Origin: an uncultured virus (IMG/VR IMGVR_UViG_3300021387_003647)
Taxonomy: Duplodnaviria; Heunggongvirae; Uroviricota; Caudoviricetes
IMG/VR virus record: IMGVR_UViG_3300021387_003647
Direction: 5' to 3' (one strand)
Length of the DNA: 27,453 nucleotides
The notes under the pieces were generated by a model, which did no database searches, had not been told where the DNA came from, and saw nothing but the letters and a program-made list of their open reading frames with translations. Shown piece after piece: positions 1-9,197 of the stretch. Positions within the stretch are counted from its first letter, which is position 1. Each line of letters opens with the position of its first letter. A program made the translations under genes and the position numbers.

Positions 1-1
1 C

Positions 2-439
2 GGACCATTCGAACAAATACCACATAATCATCTTCGTGGTCATGGATGTTCTCGTTGCCGTTCTTTGCAATCAAAGATATTGTTGACAGTATTAAATGCA
101 TTAGAAGAAAACAATATATCGTATTCTGTAGAAAAGATATTCGATTGGCTGAAAGACAAGAGTTATTTGAAACTTGATGTATATCTTCCTGATTACAATA
201 TTGCTATTGAATGTTAGGGTTATCAACATTTTAGTCCAATACCGATGTACGATAAAGACAATGATAACTTCGAGAAACGAACAAGAAGAGACAAAATAAA
301 ATATGAGTTATGCAAAGAGCATAATATTCCCGTATTATATTATGCAGAGAAAGAATATGTTTCAGATTACTTTGATAAGATATATACAGATGTCAATGAG
401 ATAATTGAATATATTTTAAATACAAAAGAGCACTCTTAA
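2..439 (+). CDS. 5'-truncated Vsr/DUF559-like (homing-type) endonuclease with Zn-ribbon; in-frame TAG at 215-217 read through
   Basis: Frame from base 2 reads GPFEQIPHNHLRGHGCSRC...LKLDVYLPDYNIAIEC(TAG)GYQHF, then continues into ORF 245..439. The D-x-YLP...IAIE-x-QG-x-QH and R..RDKIK...C motifs are typical of Vsr-like phage endonucleases. Confidence 0.8.
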
Positions 440-452
440 CTAGAGTGCTCTT
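426..452. terminator. Hairpin between convergent genes (probable bidirectional terminator)
   Basis: AAGAGCACTCT-TAACT-AGAGTGCTCTT, a perfect 11-bp stem. Confidence 0.7.
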
Positions 453-454
453 CC

Positions 455-1018
455 TTATCCGCCATACAACACGAGCATATCTTTATCGAAGTCGAATGTT
501 CGGTAGACGAAGATGAGATTGAAGATGGTGTACTCCCAATAATCAGAATTGCTCACTTTATATTCTTCGTCTGGCTTTACTGCAAAATTATACTTCCATT
601 CGAAACGTTTGTGACGTATATACTCTTTCAGATTAAACAGATGCAAGTCATCCGGAGTGACATCGTTCGTATCGATGCCGTTGTCTTTCATCTCCTGAAC
701 ATCCGGAGCAGCATACAACTCTTCGAGCCACTTCGTGACTTCTTCTTCGTACTTGTCGATGAACAGGCGGAGTCCGGCTTTCGTCACACGATAGAAGTCT
801 TCGCCCGTCTCCGGGTTTATCAACTGCTCGAACAGTTCGGGATTCTCCTTCTGCTCCCGACTGATATGCTCTTTCCAGACAGCCGTCCCCTCGTTGTTCA
901 GAATCTCCTTGCCGTTAATATACGGACGTTCCTCTTCACCGGTCTCGTCATCACGTACTTTCTCCCAGACAACTGGCTCTTTCTTGTCAGCCTTATAGAA
1001 TGAAACTCTCCAACTCAT
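455..1018 (-). CDS. Hypothetical phage protein
   Basis: Likely start is MSWRVSF at 1018, forming an ATGA overlap with the stop of the upstream gene. TAA stop. Confidence 0.75.
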   Translation of the reverse strand: MSWRVSFYKADKKEPVVWEKVRDDETGEEERPYINGKEILNNEGTAVWKEHISREQKENPELFEQLINPETGEDFYRVTKAGLRLFIDKYEEEVTKWLEELYAAPDVQEMKDNGIDTNDVTPDDLHLFNLKEYIRHKRFEWKYNFAVKPDEEYKVSNSDYWEYTIFNLIFVYRTFDFDKDMLVLYGG

Positions 1019-1614
1019 GGTCTTTTGTAAATTAAACATTGACAATAGTAACTTTTATCAGCCCAATCATCATCGCCGATGGCTTTCTCGATAGCCGCGA
1101 ATATATCATCGATAGAATTCACGGCATAGTACGTGGGCTTCTTGGCATAGGGCTTCTTCGGGTCACGGCATTCCAGGAATACCTTGTTCGTAGCGAAGTC
1201 AATCTTGTGAATATCAACTTTCTCATAGACATCCTGACTCTCTGGAAACTTCCTGGTCGGGTCATAGCATACGTATTTCTCTACTTCAAGCAATGGAGCG
1301 GTCTGAAAGAGCCATTGCGTTCCCAGATTCTCACGAAAACGATGAATACGGTACGTTTGATAGTCTTGTTGGAAGCACCGATGCTGTTCGGGAGTAATCT
1401 TGCCGCGTTCCAGCAGAATGTCGAAATCACCCTTATTATGCAGTCCGTATAGACTGTGACCGTGATTACGGGTCAAACTGACAATATCTTCGTCAGTCTG
1501 GACTTTCCTGACTCTCTTCAGATGTTTCTTGTTATCTTCATCGAATGCCTTCTGAATATTGTCCTGATACTGCCGCATCACTTCTTCGTATTTCTTCTTT
1601 TTCTCTTCGGTCAT
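1015..1614 (-). CDS. Hypothetical protein
   Basis: 199-aa ORF in a co-oriented operon with natural composition. Confidence 0.75.
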   Translation of the reverse strand: MTEEKKKKYEEVMRQYQDNIQKAFDEDNKKHLKRVRKVQTDEDIVSLTRNHGHSLYGLHNKGDFDILLERGKITPEQHRCFQQDYQTYRIHRFRENLGTQWLFQTAPLLEVEKYVCYDPTRKFPESQDVYEKVDIHKIDFATNKVFLECRDPKKPYAKKPTYYAVNSIDDIFAAIEKAIGDDDWADKSYYCQCLIYKRP

Positions 1615-1626
1615 AACTCTATTAAT

Positions 1627-2358
1627 TTAAATAAAACCTTCAAATATATTCATATCGTGCATGTCGAAATGCTTAATGACCGAGATTGCTTCCGGCGGGA
1701 TATTGTCGGCAGTGAATATCCCGAACGGGATGAAGTTCTGGTCGTACATCAAATTCGTGTCATTGCGCAACTTTGACACATCAATGCGATAATACGTGTA
1801 CTCATAATCGTTGACGTACTCATCATCCCGCTTCGGCAGGACAATCGTAAACAATTTCTCTATAATGTCCAGCAGCATTGAATCATCCATCTCTGCATAT
1901 CCGTCATCAGTGTGGGTATTATCCAGGAACAGATATATCCGGTCTGGATAGGAGAACATCCGGTTCTTACTCTTCGGGACAAGTCCCTGCTTCAGAATCT
2001 TGTGCTCGTACTTCGTCGGAGAGATATGATACAGACACTTCTGGGTCTTAATCAGCGCATTCTTAATCGGCTTCTGGAATTTCGGCTCGTAATGCTTTAC
2101 TTTCCACACGACATCATTGCATCCATCGACTATCTTCTCTTCGTTGTTCAGCACCGGGAAATATCCGAAGGCAGACATCGCACGGTCGATGATTGCTTCG
2201 TTCTCCTTGATATCCGGGAACGAAATATAGAAATAACTCTCGTTATCTGGAGTCTGCACTATCTGTACGTTCTCCGACTTCAACGGGAAATACTTCAGTA
2301 TCTGCGACCTGGCATTTCTCGGTGTTTCGTGAAGCCGCTTCAACCAGTTCGGTGCCAT
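1627..2358 (-). CDS. ADP-ribosyltransferase-fold (Tpt1/KptA-like) domain protein; probably the C-terminal part of a frameshifted gene starting at 2705
   Basis: LYHISPTKYEHKILKQGLVP...DRIYLF...NIPPEAI resembles YH-x-T/S...I...GL-x-P NAD-binding ART motifs. The frame is open upstream to 2412 with no ATG. Confidence 0.55.
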   Translation of the reverse strand: MAPNWLKRLHETPRNARSQILKYFPLKSENVQIVQTPDNESYFYISFPDIKENEAIIDRAMSAFGYFPVLNNEEKIVDGCNDVVWKVKHYEPKFQKPIKNALIKTQKCLYHISPTKYEHKILKQGLVPKSKNRMFSYPDRIYLFLDNTHTDDGYAEMDDSMLLDIIEKLFTIVLPKRDDEYVNDYEYTYYRIDVSKLRNDTNLMYDQNFIPFGIFTADNIPPEAISVIKHFDMHDMNIFEGFI

Positions 2359-2393
2359 CAGTGCCTTGAAGAGTTTCTTGTTCTCTGGATTCG

Positions 2394-2705
2394 TCAGGAT
2401 TTCTTCACCTTCTCAGCATCATAACTGCGGATAAGTCCTTCAGTCACCGATCTGAGATTCGTGTCTCTCAACATCAGGGCACAGTATGGCTTGAATCCGT
2501 TCTTCATCACTAGCGACAACGGACAGTTGAAACTGGCCATAACATCCAGGTGCCGGTAGTCAACTTCCATCTTCTTGAGTTCGTCTTCGGTGAAGTGACT
2601 CAAGGAAAACTTGTAGTTGACCGGCATTATTCCGGATTCCGTCAGTGACTTACTATAGTCGATGCCGACGAACCCGAAGTCCGGTATTTCTTCAAAGTAA
2701 CCCAT
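2394..2705 (-). CDS. Hypothetical protein (N-terminal part of a probably frameshifted gene)
   Basis: MGYFEEIPDF...EGLIRSYDAEKVKKS*. The ATG at 2705 lies just after the stop of 2716..2958. Confidence 0.6.
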   Translation of the reverse strand: MGYFEEIPDFGFVGIDYSKSLTESGIMPVNYKFSLSHFTEDELKKMEVDYRHLDVMASFNCPLSLVMKNGFKPYCALMLRDTNLRSVTEGLIRSYDAEKVKKS

Positions 2706-2715
2706 AACATATTGT

Positions 2716-2958
2716 TTAAATCTTCTTCTCCATTTCCTTGATTGAAAGTTCTTTAGCGTACTTGGTGAACAACTCCACCAGAATATCACGAGCAGTGTTC
2801 GCTCCGGTGATGAATACATTATACAACTCAGCATATGCTTCATCGTATTCATCCTTTGGCATTATAGCTTTCACATCACTGAGACTTTTCTCAATGGCTT
2901 CGGCTGCTTTAGCCTTTACTTGCTCTTCGTACTTTGCGTACAGATCTTCTTTTGTCAT
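2716..2958 (-). CDS. Hypothetical protein
   Basis: 80-aa helical ORF in operon. Confidence 0.75.
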   Translation of the reverse strand: MTKEDLYAKYEEQVKAKAAEAIEKSLSDVKAIMPKDEYDEAYAELYNVFITGANTARDILVELFTKYAKELSIKEMEKKI

Positions 2959-2978
2959 AACTTTTCGATTTAATTAGT

Positions 2979-3224
2979 TTATAACCATTTGACTCTTATA
3001 TCACATTCACACCCAGCATAGTGTGCTTCAATAGATACATCGAAACCATCGGATTTCAAACGATTGATGACGTAGTTTCTTTCTTCTTCATTACCTTTAA
3101 CTATATAACAGCATTCAGTTGTACTTTTAGACATTTCTTTTTCAATGTCTTCAATGATACGGAAATACTCTGATTCTGGTTTAGTCCGGTAGAACTTCTT
3201 CAGCATCTTATCTTTCTTCTTCAT
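2979..3224 (-). CDS. Hypothetical protein
   Basis: 81-aa ORF with ATGA overlap to the upstream gene. Confidence 0.7.
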   Translation of the reverse strand: MKKKDKMLKKFYRTKPESEYFRIIEDIEKEMSKSTTECCYIVKGNEEERNYVINRLKSDGFDVSIEAHYAGCECDIRVKWL

Positions 3225-3481
3225 ATGTTACTCTTTAGTTGTTCAACATTGTCGTAATTGTCGTTCTCCGTTGAAATCTTCCCGTCGTCATAGACATACC
3301 AGGTTTCTTCCCAATCATCTCCCGTTCTCCAACTGTGCCAATAAACAGTTATTTCAACGTATGTATCATACCATTTGCTGTTTCCGGCTGTCGCAGTCAA
3401 ATAATAATCCGTAACATTGTCAACGGCTTTCTCTACCTCATTGACGATACGTTCCATTTCTTCTTGTGATAACTTTCCCAT
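3221..3481 (-). CDS. Hypothetical protein
   Basis: 86-aa ORF in operon. Confidence 0.7.
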   Translation of the reverse strand: MGKLSQEEMERIVNEVEKAVDNVTDYYLTATAGNSKWYDTYVEITVYWHSWRTGDDWEETWYVYDDGKISTENDNYDNVEQLKSNI

Positions 3482-3485
3482 AGTC

Positions 3486-3947
3486 TTACATATTTTCTGC
3501 TGCTATTATTCTATCTACTTCCGGGAACATTGGCTCCGGCAATTCAATCTTTACTTTCTCGGGAGAAAAGTCAGGGACGAACTGCATAATCTCTGGGTCA
3601 CAAAACATCCCCTTGAACTCAATGACAACCGGTTTGTCAATGAAATACTCTACGTCAGCAATCGACTGCTGGAGTTTACGGAAACACTTAGCATCAAGAA
3701 CAGTCTCCAAAGCATCGTATTTGCCAAAATAGTCGTTTGTGTTCATATCATACGACATAATATGCATCATATTATTGCCCAGAGCAACCATTGCCTTTGT
3801 CTTCGATATACGACATCTGGTCGGAGATTCATCCCAATCAGGTGCTTCATCTTCTGGAACTACTGCATCATAGACGCAATTAAGGACTGCTAACGCTGCA
3901 ACGTACTTGTTGCGAATGTACTTGAAATCTAATGTATATTTCTTCAT
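3486..3947 (-). CDS. Hypothetical protein
   Basis: 153-aa ORF, first gene after a TAnnTTTG promoter. Confidence 0.75.
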   Translation of the reverse strand: MKKYTLDFKYIRNKYVAALAVLNCVYDAVVPEDEAPDWDESPTRCRISKTKAMVALGNNMMHIMSYDMNTNDYFGKYDALETVLDAKCFRKLQQSIADVEYFIDKPVVIEFKGMFCDPEIMQFVPDFSPEKVKIELPEPMFPEVDRIIAAENM

Positions 3948-3975
3948 AACTGTTATGTTTTATAAATTCTGCAGG

Positions 3976-4045
3976 CAAAGGTACGAATAAAAACAATACG
4001 AAACAAGTTTTTCGGGAGAAATTTTCCGGGATTAACTTTCTTTAA
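3976..4045 (-). promoter_or_regulatory. Bacteroidota sigma-A-type promoter (-7 TACCTTTG) with upstream TTAA-N6-TTAA box
   Basis: CAAAGGTA at 3976-3983 is minus-strand TACCTTTG, matching the Bacteroides consensus TAnnTTTG. TTAA-N6-TTAA at 4032-4045. Confidence 0.65.
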
Positions 4046-4080
4046 CAGTACGGGCATTTCCGGGAAAATCCGTAAAGTAA

Positions 4081-4106
4081 ACTTTTTTGGTTTTCCGCAG
4101 TACAAT
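4081..4106 (+). promoter_or_regulatory. ACTT-N16-TACAAT promoter-like motif
   Basis: One of eight similarly spaced copies upstream of gene starts. Confidence 0.55.
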
Positions 4107-4139
4107 ATAAAGAAGGTATACAAATTAATATAATAAGAA

Positions 4140-4334
4140 ATGAAGAAAACATTGCATCAACTATTATGCTACTGCAACGGAAAGTTCTGTGCATTGAGAA
4201 ACAAATGCCGCCGGCATCGTGAGTCAACAACATCCAGTGGACTGTCTGCACCCGACTCGTCCATCATCGACCATTGTGATCCAGAACACCGAAGTTTGTT
4301 CCTGGATTGCGACGAATGCAGTGATGACTGTTAA
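4140..4334 (+). CDS. Small Cys-rich hypothetical protein
   Basis: 64 aa, CYCNGKFCALRNKCRRH, downstream of a promoter motif. Confidence 0.6.
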   Translation: MKKTLHQLLCYCNGKFCALRNKCRRHRESTTSSGLSAPDSSIIDHCDPEHRSLFLDCDECSDDC

Positions 4335-4391
4335 AGAAACTTAAAGTTTCGGACAAAGTCATTGCCGGTTGAAAAATTCTTCGTATATTTG
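4331..4391 (+). promoter_or_regulatory. Bacteroidota-type promoter (TATATTTG) with TTAA-N6-TTAA box
   Basis: TTAAAGAAACTTAA at 4331-4344 and TATATTTG at 4384-4391. Confidence 0.65.
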
Positions 4392-4454
4392 CGGCAGAAA
4401 ACGCGAGAACAGTGTGACTGTCCTTGCAATGTGAAATTAAAACATTAAGCAATT

Positions 4455-4997
4455 ATGAAGAAGACAAAGTTAAACAAGAGAAAGTTGTTTGCAACTCTGA
4501 GAGTCTGCAAGCTGGCTGCTAAGGCCGGTTACAACGAGATGGAAGAGAACGCTTACCTGCGTTACTCTGAGATTACTGCGTATGCCCGCAAGAAGTACGG
4601 CGACCTGAGCGACGACGGGTACTACGAGTTGACTACTGATATGGGCGGTGACGAGCCGTTCGATAAGATTTATTCCAAGAAGTACTCGCTGTGTATGAAG
4701 TATCCAGGACGCAACCTCGACTATCTGAAGGAAGAGATTGATGCTTATGCCGCTCCGAGAATCGATACACTAGCTATGTGGCTGCGTAAGAACTACGACA
4801 CGAACGTGCACGTAGAGAAGTGTGCCTGTAATCTGTGGCGCTACTGTGTGGAGAACAACGGTCATACCGGCGACTTCGCCATGCGTTCCGAGAACTACTT
4901 CAAGGACTATTTCGTTGCTTACAATAAAGGTCTCGAGGATGTTCTCCGCGAACTTATCAAATTCAAGAAGGAACAATTCAAAAAAGAGTGTAAGTGA
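4455..4997 (+). CDS. Hypothetical phage protein
   Basis: 180 aa with an AP......WLR motif of a kind common in small Bacteroidota phage proteins. Confidence 0.75.
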   Translation: MKKTKLNKRKLFATLRVCKLAAKAGYNEMEENAYLRYSEITAYARKKYGDLSDDGYYELTTDMGGDEPFDKIYSKKYSLCMKYPGRNLDYLKEEIDAYAAPRIDTLAMWLRKNYDTNVHVEKCACNLWRYCVENNGHTGDFAMRSENYFKDYFVAYNKGLEDVLRELIKFKKEQFKKECK

Positions 4998-5641
4998 TGA
5001 AGTACAAGTTTGTGAAAGTAGCGGCTCGTAAAGACAAACCGGCAACAGAGAGTTCAGAAAAGAAACTGAACCCCCACTGGTATTTTGTCCCGCAGACTGT
5101 TGACCAGGTGATAGAACACTGGAAGAAGTATTGTAGTCCGATTATCAAACAGGGTTCTCGTCAAGTAGCGCAGATTATATCCGGAGAGATTCCCTATACG
5201 CATCCCGATAATCAGTTCCGGATGGCTGTTGACCAGTTGACGATGCTGCCGTATCCTGAGAAACGATGCGGCGGTATGATGGCGGCTGAGATTATGCTGA
5301 AAGTAGAGAACGAAGCATACAACGGCCGCATTCGTGAGTTTCAGAGAGGCAACGGTCATAAGATGTTTCTGCATCCCGATATGCGTTTGCAGATTTATGA
5401 CGACCGTTGGTCAGAAGTCGTGGATACTGTTGAGAAAGATGTGTTAACTTATCCGGAAGAGGAACGTCCGTCAATCAGTGATGTCCGGATTATCCAGTGG
5501 AAAGGCGGTGAGCACTACTATGCTAAAATTGGCAAACTGGATGTTGTCGATGAATTCGGAAACCAGAAATGGTTTTCTGAAGAAGAAGCTCTGGATGCTG
5601 CTGAGTGGTATATTGAAGAGAACTGGCCGACGTTAAAGTAA
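4994..5641 (+). CDS. Hypothetical protein
   Basis: 215-aa ORF coupled to the upstream gene. Confidence 0.75.
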   Translation: MMKYKFVKVAARKDKPATESSEKKLNPHWYFVPQTVDQVIEHWKKYCSPIIKQGSRQVAQIISGEIPYTHPDNQFRMAVDQLTMLPYPEKRCGGMMAAEIMLKVENEAYNGRIREFQRGNGHKMFLHPDMRLQIYDDRWSEVVDTVEKDVLTYPEEERPSISDVRIIQWKGGEHYYAKIGKLDVVDEFGNQKWFSEEEALDAAEWYIEENWPTLK

Positions 5642-5647
5642 AATGTT

Positions 5648-5839
5648 ATGGCAAAGAAATTCAAGATAGAGACTAAGATTCTGAAGATTGAAGAAAATTG
5701 GAATAATTACGACACTGAAGAACTCGACCTGCTGTTGAACGACGGTTGGAAAGTTAAGAACTTCGGTGCTTGCTCTCCTCCGAGTATTGATAACTACGTA
5801 GTATTTTATTTACAAAAGAGAGTTAACGTAGAAGATTAA
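5648..5839 (+). CDS. Hypothetical protein
   Basis: 63-aa ORF filling the operon gap. Confidence 0.65.
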   Translation: MAKKFKIETKILKIEENWNNYDTEELDLLLNDGWKVKNFGACSPPSIDNYVVFYLQKRVNVED

Positions 5840-5841
5840 CC

Positions 5842-7125
5842 ATGGCAGACTACTTCGATAACATAGAATACGATGAAGCGGAAGTTCCCGACCTGGTCAT
5901 TGACGAGACGAACATCGATTCGATGTGCCGTGTGATGCCGTTGCCCGATGCAAAGGACTTCAGTGTGCGTGTGCTGATTCCATGCACCAACGTGTCGGAA
6001 AATATTAACGAGACCCGCTATAAACTCTGGAGTTTTCTGGAGTCACACTCAACACTTGTTTACGGTCATAGCGGAGTGTTTGCCACGTCACGCAGTGAAC
6101 TGCACGGCGAGAAACGTCTTGACTACGACCATCGCATCTGGCAAGGAGTCAGCGTGACAACGGCAATGGAAGAAGACTACATCGACTGCGGGTTCAATCA
6201 CGGGTTCAACACCTTGCAGTTCTTCGAATATCTGAAAGCGATGTACGATGCTATTGCACTTTCCGGAGCACCGGAGATGCTGATATACTATTCCGAAAAC
6301 AACTACTGGCACTACTTGCATTGTCATCAGGAGGGAAAGTATGCCATGCTCATCAATTGCGATGACGTGCTGTCTTACTTAAAAGGCCCGAAGCGCGGCT
6401 GGTGTATGACCTATGAAGAGTCTATCCTGCTGAACACCACACAGCATATCATCAAGTCTGAGACTGAATCAGCACGTATGCTGGAGCGCAGTGGAGAATT
6501 CCTGCCGTCTATACAGTATCTACCCGACTTCAACGGTCAGAAGACAACGATGAAACTGGTTGATATGACTCGCTATAGCAGTGTGCCGGCAGAAGCACTC
6601 AAGAACTTCTCGTTCTCGTATGCTGACTTCCAGAAGAACGAGGGTTTCACCCTGCTGATATATCCCGCATCTCGTGTATTCTACGGTGAAGATGCTCATA
6701 TCCAGAACGAAGATGAAAAGCGGAAAGTCTGGTGCAGGGTGGCCGGAGCGAAACATCTGAAAGTGAAGAACGTAGCGATGATTCAGACAACGGTACTGGC
6801 ATCACGGGACGACCGCGGAGTCTATAACTACGGTGCTCTGCTGTCGCTGGGGACTTATCCTTTGCGCGACGAACACAGTCAGATATTCGACTTCGTGAAG
6901 ATTTACGCTGTCTGCTGCTTTGAGTGCGGCTGGAATAGTCGCGGCCAGTTGATGAACAAGAAAGGTGAGCAGATAGAACAGCTCTGCTGGCATTACGTGC
7001 CGAAAGAGAAACAGATACGACCCGTCCTGGTTAGCGACCGTGTGATGGAAGATACATTAGGTCCGGACTGGCTAAAGCCTGTATATACGGAACAGCCGTC
7101 CGTTAAGTGGAGACAGTGCAGATAA
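5842..7125 (+). CDS. Hypothetical protein with acidic DYFD-type N-terminus
   Basis: 427-aa ORF, TAA stop. Confidence 0.8.
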   Translation: MADYFDNIEYDEAEVPDLVIDETNIDSMCRVMPLPDAKDFSVRVLIPCTNVSENINETRYKLWSFLESHSTLVYGHSGVFATSRSELHGEKRLDYDHRIWQGVSVTTAMEEDYIDCGFNHGFNTLQFFEYLKAMYDAIALSGAPEMLIYYSENNYWHYLHCHQEGKYAMLINCDDVLSYLKGPKRGWCMTYEESILLNTTQHIIKSETESARMLERSGEFLPSIQYLPDFNGQKTTMKLVDMTRYSSVPAEALKNFSFSYADFQKNEGFTLLIYPASRVFYGEDAHIQNEDEKRKVWCRVAGAKHLKVKNVAMIQTTVLASRDDRGVYNYGALLSLGTYPLRDEHSQIFDFVKIYAVCCFECGWNSRGQLMNKKGEQIEQLCWHYVPKEKQIRPVLVSDRVMEDTLGPDWLKPVYTEQPSVKWRQCR

Positions 7126-7254
7126 CGATGTTTTAAATATGCTGGACTTCACTGAACTACTATATAAATGTAATTTAGTCTTTGGAAATATCTATAAAAA
7201 CTTTCATTCGTTTCGTGAGTATAATAAATAAGAAAACTAATTTATTAAGATAAA

Positions 7255-7722
7255 ATGCAAATAACAAGTCCGTGTCTAATAGACACATTCAAAGATGAGT
7301 ATCATCTGAACGAACAACAAGACGAATCTCTTGATGAAGCAAGAGATATGATGAAGTATAAGCCGCTTAAACAACCGGCTGTAAATACTACATAGACTAG
7401 AGAACTAAGTCAGCGAGAAGCGGATCGTATTCTTTTTTATGACCATTATAACAAATGGTAGGAAGAGACGTGTTTCTTCTCTTTTGATTATTTAAAAGAA
7501 AGAAACGAACATTACAAAGCTATTTTGAAAATGGGAAAGAGAGCCGTGCCGTTTTTGTATGAAATGCTATTAAACAACGAAAAATATGCAATCGGTATAT
7601 TAGAACAAATTTACGGATGTACTTTTAGTAAAGGTGCTAATAATATCAGAGAAGCACGAATAATTGCTTTAGAAGCAAAAGAAAAATGGATTAAGAAAAT
7701 AGAAGAGGAGGAAGGTATATGA
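7255..7722 (+). CDS. Hypothetical protein, 155 aa, with two in-frame TAG codons (7393, 7459)
   Basis: The ATG at 7255 follows promoter motifs and is in frame with ORF 7525..7722. Only TAGs interrupt it (KW*EETCFFS...HYKAILKMGKRAVPFL). Confidence 0.75.
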
Positions 7723-8237
7723 TATTACCAGAATCTTATTACAACACATTCCCGAATTTGTCTCAAGATGCAGTTGTTGTCGAACCGCCCGATATACATT
7801 ATAATTGTATAGCGTATTCTATTAATTGTACGAAATTATTTATACAACCGATAGAAAAACGTTTTCGACCGGTAAAATATAATCTAGACGGAACCATTGA
7901 CTTCTGGCCGACAGAATTAGAATGTAGTTGGGAACTGAGCAATATATTGAAATTTTATCGTATGTTCAAATATGAATTACACGAGAATGACAATTATACG
8001 ATGAAGTTTAGAAAGATTGCGTTATTCTGTAACCCGAATACGAATGATGTTACACATGCTGCTTTACAAATCGGTCCGAATATATGGAGAAGCAAACTCG
8101 GACCCGCTACATTACTTCAACATCAGTTATATGATATTGAAGGAGAGATATACGGAGAAGTTCGCTGTTTCATTAGAAGGCCGAGAACTATCACTAAAGA
8201 ATACGACTTCGAAGTATTAGAAAGATATTTGAAATAA
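7719..8237 (+). CDS. Putative papain-like/Cys-His fold protein (DUF7689-like)
   Basis: Motifs YNCIAYS, THAA and WRSKLG. ATGA-coupled to the upstream gene. Confidence 0.55.
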   Translation: MILPESYYNTFPNLSQDAVVVEPPDIHYNCIAYSINCTKLFIQPIEKRFRPVKYNLDGTIDFWPTELECSWELSNILKFYRMFKYELHENDNYTMKFRKIALFCNPNTNDVTHAALQIGPNIWRSKLGPATLLQHQLYDIEGEIYGEVRCFIRRPRTITKEYDFEVLERYLK

Positions 8238-8242
8238 AAAGA

Positions 8243-8268
8243 AGAGCACTCTCAAACGGGAGTGCTCT
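8243..8268 (+). terminator. Hairpin after 7719..8237
   Basis: AGAGCACTC...GAGTGCTCT, the same stem sequence as the hairpin at 426-452. Confidence 0.55.
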
Positions 8269-8385
8269 AAGCAATGCTTTACCCGCTGACTAAAGCATAG
8301 TTTACTGGTTGACTAAACTATGCTTTAGTGAGTCACTAAACTATGCTTTACCGAGGCACTAAACTATGCTTTAGTCGAGCACTAA
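8266..8385. repeat. 23-bp period tandem array, ~5 units, core CTAAA-CTATGC-TTTA(G), with the core inverted in one unit
   Basis: ACTAAACTATGCTTTA at 8312, 8335 and 8358; ACTAAAGCATAGTTTA at 8289; degenerate units at 8266 and 8381. Confidence 0.9.
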
Positions 8386-8467
8386 GATATACCTTGCATT
8401 TTAGCAAATTCAAAAATCGTTGAATTCACCATAGATAAATAAGGAAATTAACAACTATTATACGCCT

Positions 8468-9037
8468 ATGATACTCTATAATGTGCTCATAAACAACGGC
8501 AACGAGAACATCGGTGCCGAAGGTCAGACCATTACATTGCAGGAGCAATTGACTCCCGCCGGCAACACTGAAGTTGCCAGACAGATTACCCATCAGAATT
8601 CGCTGATTCCCATTTCGCTCAGTGAGTTGATGGTTGAATACACACTCAAGGGAATTCTTGAGTTGCTTGCACTCGGACACGTAGCCCAGTTGAAGATCGG
8701 CAATAATGTGATGCTGCGCATCTGGCCGGATGTGAAGCCGGTTGGCGGCGACAACATCAATCTTGCCCGTGCTCAGGAGAAAGATTCGACTATTACGGAA
8801 TTCACTGTAGAGAATGCTGGACGGATTGTTGACTTGTTCGGTGTGAATCTGAGAGTCCAGGCAGAAGTTCAGGTTAAGTTGTCGGAGATGCTTCGTGAGC
8901 TGAAGCCGGAAGTTTGCCGCGATAAAGTCATCAATCGCCCGAAAGTCACCCGTACCGAGAGCAACACAACAACCGTTGACACATCAACCGGTTCAAATTC
9001 TGGAGGCGGTGATGACATTCCTTCTGGAAACGGATAA
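8468..9037 (+). CDS. Bacteroidota HU-related DNA-binding protein (tentative)
   Basis: 189 aa. The layout (L....VA..I.H; LL..GH..Q....M.I.P) and a Gly/Ser-rich tail GSNSGGGDDIPSGNG are reminiscent of Prevotella HU-like proteins. Confidence 0.5.
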   Translation: MILYNVLINNGNENIGAEGQTITLQEQLTPAGNTEVARQITHQNSLIPISLSELMVEYTLKGILELLALGHVAQLKIGNNVMLRIWPDVKPVGGDNINLARAQEKDSTITEFTVENAGRIVDLFGVNLRVQAEVQVKLSEMLRELKPEVCRDKVINRPKVTRTESNTTTVDTSTGSNSGGGDDIPSGNG

Positions 9038-9056
9038 CTCCTTATTAGAAACGCAT

Positions 9057-9091
9057 AAAAGAGAGATTTTCAGCCCGAAAGTCTCTCTTTT
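9057..9091 (+). terminator. Intrinsic terminator
   Basis: AAAAGAGAGATTTT-CAGCCC-GAAAGTCTCTCTTTT. Confidence 0.75.
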
Positions 9092-9093
9092 AG

Positions 9094-9164
9094 TTAAAGA
9101 ATATTAACCCACAGAAACTTTTTGTATAAATGCTTGTATAATATAAAAGAAATGCTTAATTTTG
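9094..9164 (+). promoter_or_regulatory. Tandem promoter motifs: TTAA-N6-TTAA, ACTT-N16-TATAAT and TAATTTTG
   Basis: Motifs at 9094-9107, 9117-9142 and 9157-9164. Confidence 0.6.
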
Positions 9165-9197
9165 CAAGCAGAAATATAAATTTAAATTTTTGAGACA

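Noticed and set aside
611..2424. Long antisense ORFs (611..1003, 1039..1452, 1912..2424 and similar ones at 11455, 16353, 24826)
   Set aside because: These are shadow frames of real genes on the opposite strand, with unnatural hydrophobic composition
8266..8385. CRISPR array
   Set aside because: The period is only 23 bp with ~7-bp variable parts, too short for repeat-spacer units, and there are no cas genes
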